Position numbers and translations under genes: made by a program. DNA of 64,000 nucleotides from positions 14,321,375 to 14,385,374 of the forward strand of contig OZ316897.1 of assembly GCA_973895155.1 (NCBI GenBank), given 5' to 3'. A model generated the notes under the pieces. The model had not been told where the DNA came from. It saw nothing but the letters and a program-made list of their open reading frames with translations, and searched no databases. This stretch comes from Marsupella aquatica (taxonomy: Eukaryota > Plantae > Marchantiophyta). This document shows, one piece after another, positions 60,000 to 64,000 of this stretch (its first letter is position 1; every line of letters begins with the position of its first letter).

Positions 60000-61574
60000 T
60001 CAATCACTCTTGGCGGTCTTTAGCTTGGTCTCGTCCAATAGTTTCTCCAACTCTCCAGTCTATAGGTAAGAGCATTCGTGTTAGCCAAATAACATGATCA
60101 ACTCAAACCGAGTTATAGCCAGCAGGTATCATACCAAGTAGCGCATACCGAGACCTAAGGAGTCTCCGTTAAGACAATGTTGTAAAAGATACCCATAGAT
60201 TGTCTGACAATACAGGATCTGATGCAATGTTGGGACCAGCAGCAGGCAAGAGTAGATAGTAGACTAACCCTGTGCATATTGATGAGGATGTCCGAACCTC
60301 CAACAAATTCACCATTTATGAAAACTTGTGGAATGGTCGGCCAGCGGCTGGTGCAAACATCAAAATCAAATTTGGGTGGCAATGATCAGAACGGGGAATA
60401 GCCTCAATTATGTCAAGTTATTCACCAAGTTCCCATTCGCTTGAGTACAGACAATTAAAGGAAAAGTTACACCGTATTTTCTATCTTAATCACCAACATT
60501 TTCATGAACCAGCTCACCTAAATTGCTTGATGCCATCTCTGAGTTCAGGGTCCGCCAAAACATTTCGTGAGTTATAACTTACATCTGCAATGTTCCAGTT
60601 GAAGTCAGGCAAAGTTCAGACTGCATGGGACTTTGGTTCTCGTGAGCTTGTAGCCAATTACAGGATCCTTCGCAAACTGAGTTACAAAATCGAAAAGTAC
60701 AATCAATACTCGGGGAAGATGTCAGCTCACCGTACTCTTTCAAGATACGAACAACCATTGCACTGAATCCACACTGGGGAGCATCTGGTACTCCCTTCAT
60801 GTACACGATGACTGCATTATCTTTGATATCCTGCAGCCAGTCAATTCGTCTGTGAATATCCCCAACCCTCTTCCTGGGAGAAAGTAGTCTCCATCTTGAA
60901 GTACTAATTGGAATTGGATGGCACCATCCTTTGACTTGTCCTCCGCCGTAGAGGGCTGATACAGTCTCCAATAATGTCGAATCATAGCTTTGCGAAAATG
61001 TGACTAGAATGGAAATTTGTTTTCCAGCTCCGTTACAGAAATATGTTAAGAGGATCTCGTAGAACATATGAGACAGTTCCGTCGAAGAGAAAAGTAAAAT
61101 GGAAAGAAAAACAGAAAGGAAGGGACGGGCAAACGAAACACGAACCTGCTCTATATGGTCTTGCACAGTTTGGGTTGCTTTTTCGGCCTTGACTTGGGGC
61201 TTAAAATCGTCATGCGAGTCTGCCTCATCACCTGCAGATACAATACCAGCTCGCTGCCCTACACGCCATGATGCACCTATTATGCCCACAGCCAGAAATT
61301 GTTCAAGATGAATTCTTCCCCTAGCTCGATCGAATTCTTCAGAAATTGAAACGCCAGATGCTAACTATTCCCTGTGGGATTTGGGCCGGAATTTTCAGTT
61401 CAATTAGACTATCGAGCCCTCAATTTGGAGAAAGAGCTGTTCAGGTAAAAACTTGGGAACAACGAAAGAGAACAGTAAAATGGTAACTGAAGAGGAGAGA
61501 ACCACACCTGTTTGAACAAGAGCCCCACGAGAAAGTCTGAGGCTCGTCGCCGCTGCCCTACATGCGGACAACAT
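60000..61574 (-). CDS. GRXS15: Mitochondrial monothiol (CGFS) glutaredoxin, GRXS15-like (~167 aa). Exons 61574-61508, 61276-61146, 60830-60731, 60584-60518, 60347-60269, 60059-60000
   Basis: Transit-peptide-like N-terminus; DSHDDFKP; [14 protein letters not shown]; [38 protein letters not shown]; TGELEKLL. All introns GT-AG and in phase. The exon 2 acceptor has an alternative in-phase site. Confidence 0.9.
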
Positions 61575-62105
61575 GGTGACCTAGCCTCTCCGTCAACCGG
61601 CTTTGGTCCTGTCCTCCGGCGATTATCCTAGACTGGATACTCGCGTTGGAGTACAAGCAGAAACCCTAAGCTTGCCTCTGCACAAGAAGCCGAATTGGCT
61701 CCTGACGGAGATCATCCGCAATTTCGCAAATCTCGGTCTCGTCAGCCAGCAGTAACCGATTCCCTCCACAACTAGACTCCACCAAACATAAAACAATGCA
61801 CATACTCAGGTCATTCGGCAATTACGCCGAATCGGTCCAAAAGGATTGTTCGTCACCTCAAAACGCGCATCGAAGCTAATGTAATGAACGCAAATCAACC
61901 AGAACAAGAGGACAGAGGCCCGAAACTACCAAAAGCGTCGTCGTCGTCGTCGTGGTCGTGCAACAGCGCGAGCGGCTCCCAAATCCCAATTCTACGACAC
62001 ACATCACGTCCACTGCATAGCAGAGCAAAGCAAAGCAGAGCACTGAGCTCTCGATTGCCGCAAAATCTGTCGATCAACGAAACAACAAGAGCAGAATCTG
62101 TGGAG

Positions 62106-62280
62106 CATCGAAAAAGGAGGTGAAGTGGGATTTAGTACATTGTCATGATATTTTATTTATTTATCAAGTTGTTATTATTATTGTTTTCGTCCATCGAAAA
62201 GGAGGGTGAAGTGGGATTTAGTACATTGTCATGGTATTTTATTTATTTATCCAGTGGTTATTATTATTGTTTTCGTCCAT
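62106..62280 (+). repeat. ~86-bp tandem duplication
   Basis: catcgaaaa...gtgaagtgggatttagtacattgtcatg...gttttcgtccat occurs twice. Confidence 0.9.
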
Positions 62281-62332
62281 GGGTCAAGAAAAATAACTCT
62301 GAGTGAATGCAACCCCATCATATCTCTGATTT

Positions 62333-62712
62333 GACCACCCTTGGGTCAGTTGGCCTGAGGGTGGGTCAGGAGTTTTTGTGGACAAAAAATTAGCCAATCA
62401 TTTACTTAAGAAACAGGGAGACTAATGACACTCACGGTTGAAATCTCAATTGTTTTTGTTTCATTTGCCACCACCTAATGCCCTATAGTTATGTTAGCCA
62501 GGAAAGACTCAACAATAGTCAGAAAGTACTCTGTAATCAAATATTCCATAACCAGACTTGTGCTTGTCTGTAGGGTCAAATAATAGCCACCTTGGCTAAT
62601 GTTCAAAAACAAACAAAAAATGGCTGGTCGAGGGGGCTGCAGTTGGGCTGCAGGTCAAGGCGCAGCTGAGGTCAGGGTACCCATCTTTGGGCCAACTGAC
62701 CCAAGGGTGGTC
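62333..62712. mobile_element. MITE-like element, 380 bp, with 23-bp perfect terminal inverted repeats
   Basis: gaccacccttgggtcagttggcc (62333-62355) is the exact reverse complement of 62690-62712. Non-coding interior. No clear TSD. Confidence 0.55.
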
Positions 62713-64000
62713 CATGCCAAAACTGAGGGAATCCGTGACGCCACTGGATCTTGACAAGGGGAACACAATAGCCATTAGATGTGGAGGAGATAACCTGAGT
62801 TACTTTTCTATATTTACAAACAAAAATAGTGGCAATTTGATCAAAAGCCAAAAAATCATGACAATGTGCTATTATGATTTTTGTATGTGTTGTTGCCTTT
62901 TTTTTTTTCTTGCCTTGAAACTGAAAGCCTACCCATCCAACAGAGGATAGCTCCTGTAGCCACAAGGGGACAATACCCAGGGAGGATAGCCCATTTGTAA
63001 GGTAATCACAAGGGGGCATACCTAGGGATTGGACAGGGACCTAAACCAGGAGGGAAAGGGTTAAACCAAGGTCCCAAAGAGGACTAGCCAAGGGCTCACC
63101 TCTACACCACTACACCTCATCCACAGACACACACACATGCACTCAACAGCCCTTGCATGTGAAGAGGGGATTGAGTTTGGGACAGATAAGTAAACCTACT
63201 CATGATTTTAGTAAGTGATGGTGCTTCTTTTGAAAAACCTTTTTACATCTATTTGGCTGCCAGAAGAGTTTTGAAGCAAATCTTTCCTTTCCAACTCCTT
63301 TGGTCCTTTCGTCCCCATTTTTGTCACAAAAGAGCCACCAGCCATGCTGGTTAAGCAAGTTTGTGGATAGTCTCTTTTTTGGTAAACTTTTTGGAAAATT
63401 TGCATGAAAACTGTCAAAACCTTTGCAGATGTGTGCCACAAAAGATGTCAGATTTACAAAGAAAATCGGTCCGTAAACCATGATTGTCTTTGGAGCATCT
63501 AGCTTGCTATTATTTGGCGAAGTCTGTCTCACGATTGCTCTCCGAAGGTGGTATTACCATGTCCTCGCTCGCATTCAGTTGATTATTTAACGATTGTGAA
63601 GTTCTGGTTTAAAGTCGACGTCATAGATTTGAAATGTTCACGTCTTGTCGAAGTGGATTGAAGAGTCGGCGACTACAAGATGCGAGACAAGATGGTGGCG
63701 AATCATGTCCCTTTCATTCCGTCAGACGCTTTTAGATAGTTTTCGAAGCAGAATGGCCACTCCGTCATAGTTACTTATATACATATATATTCCCCTTACA
63801 ATAGATCATAACATGCAGATCTCCTGTCAAGCTCGAGCTCAGGATTTCTACATGGTCTGTAATCACGGAACGTAGGTTACATTTCTGAAAGATAAAATGC
63901 TGTTCGAGTTCCGATCGATTTCGTTTGCAAAAAATATGATGATGGTAAACCATTCGTTTCAATTGAATATAATGATGGTAAAGCTACTCCTCCAGAATCT

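Noticed and set aside
60579-61289. 236-aa ORF as a single-exon protein
   Set aside because: It spans GRXS15 exons 2-3 and reads through introns; the spliced model fits better.

Overview
Eukaryotic (land-plant, probably bryophyte/liverwort-like; species not determinable) genomic DNA. No rRNA, tRNA or CRISPR seen. (1) 1-21.8 kb: a locally amplified cluster of intronless F-box/kelch-repeat genes. It holds 4 intact ORFs (one inverted head-to-head) and 1 pseudogene in which most of the CDS is replaced by a perfect 65-bp hairpin. Copies share a conserved upstream element and a ~1.5-kb downstream block, and three spacers carry captured fragments of the neighbouring MYB gene. (2) 23.7-27.0 kb: a 5-exon R2R3-MYB of the MYB98/MYB64/MYB119/FGMYB clade. 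(3) 30.4-37.9 kb: an apparently intact 7,537-bp PIF/Harbinger-superfamily transposon with 12-bp TIRs, an AAT target-site duplication, a DDE transposase and a convergent Myb/SANT-like ORF2, flanked by tandem arrays. (4) A DUF1191 membrane-protein gene. (5) An intronless, divergent Sec61-alpha copy with substitutions in the plug/lateral-gate/pore-ring region, including the equivalent of human T86M. (6) A 6-exon mitochondrial monothiol glutaredoxin (GRXS15-like). Intergenic DNA has many short tandem duplications and a MITE-like element. Exon models were built by hand from GT-AG sites and reading-frame continuity.
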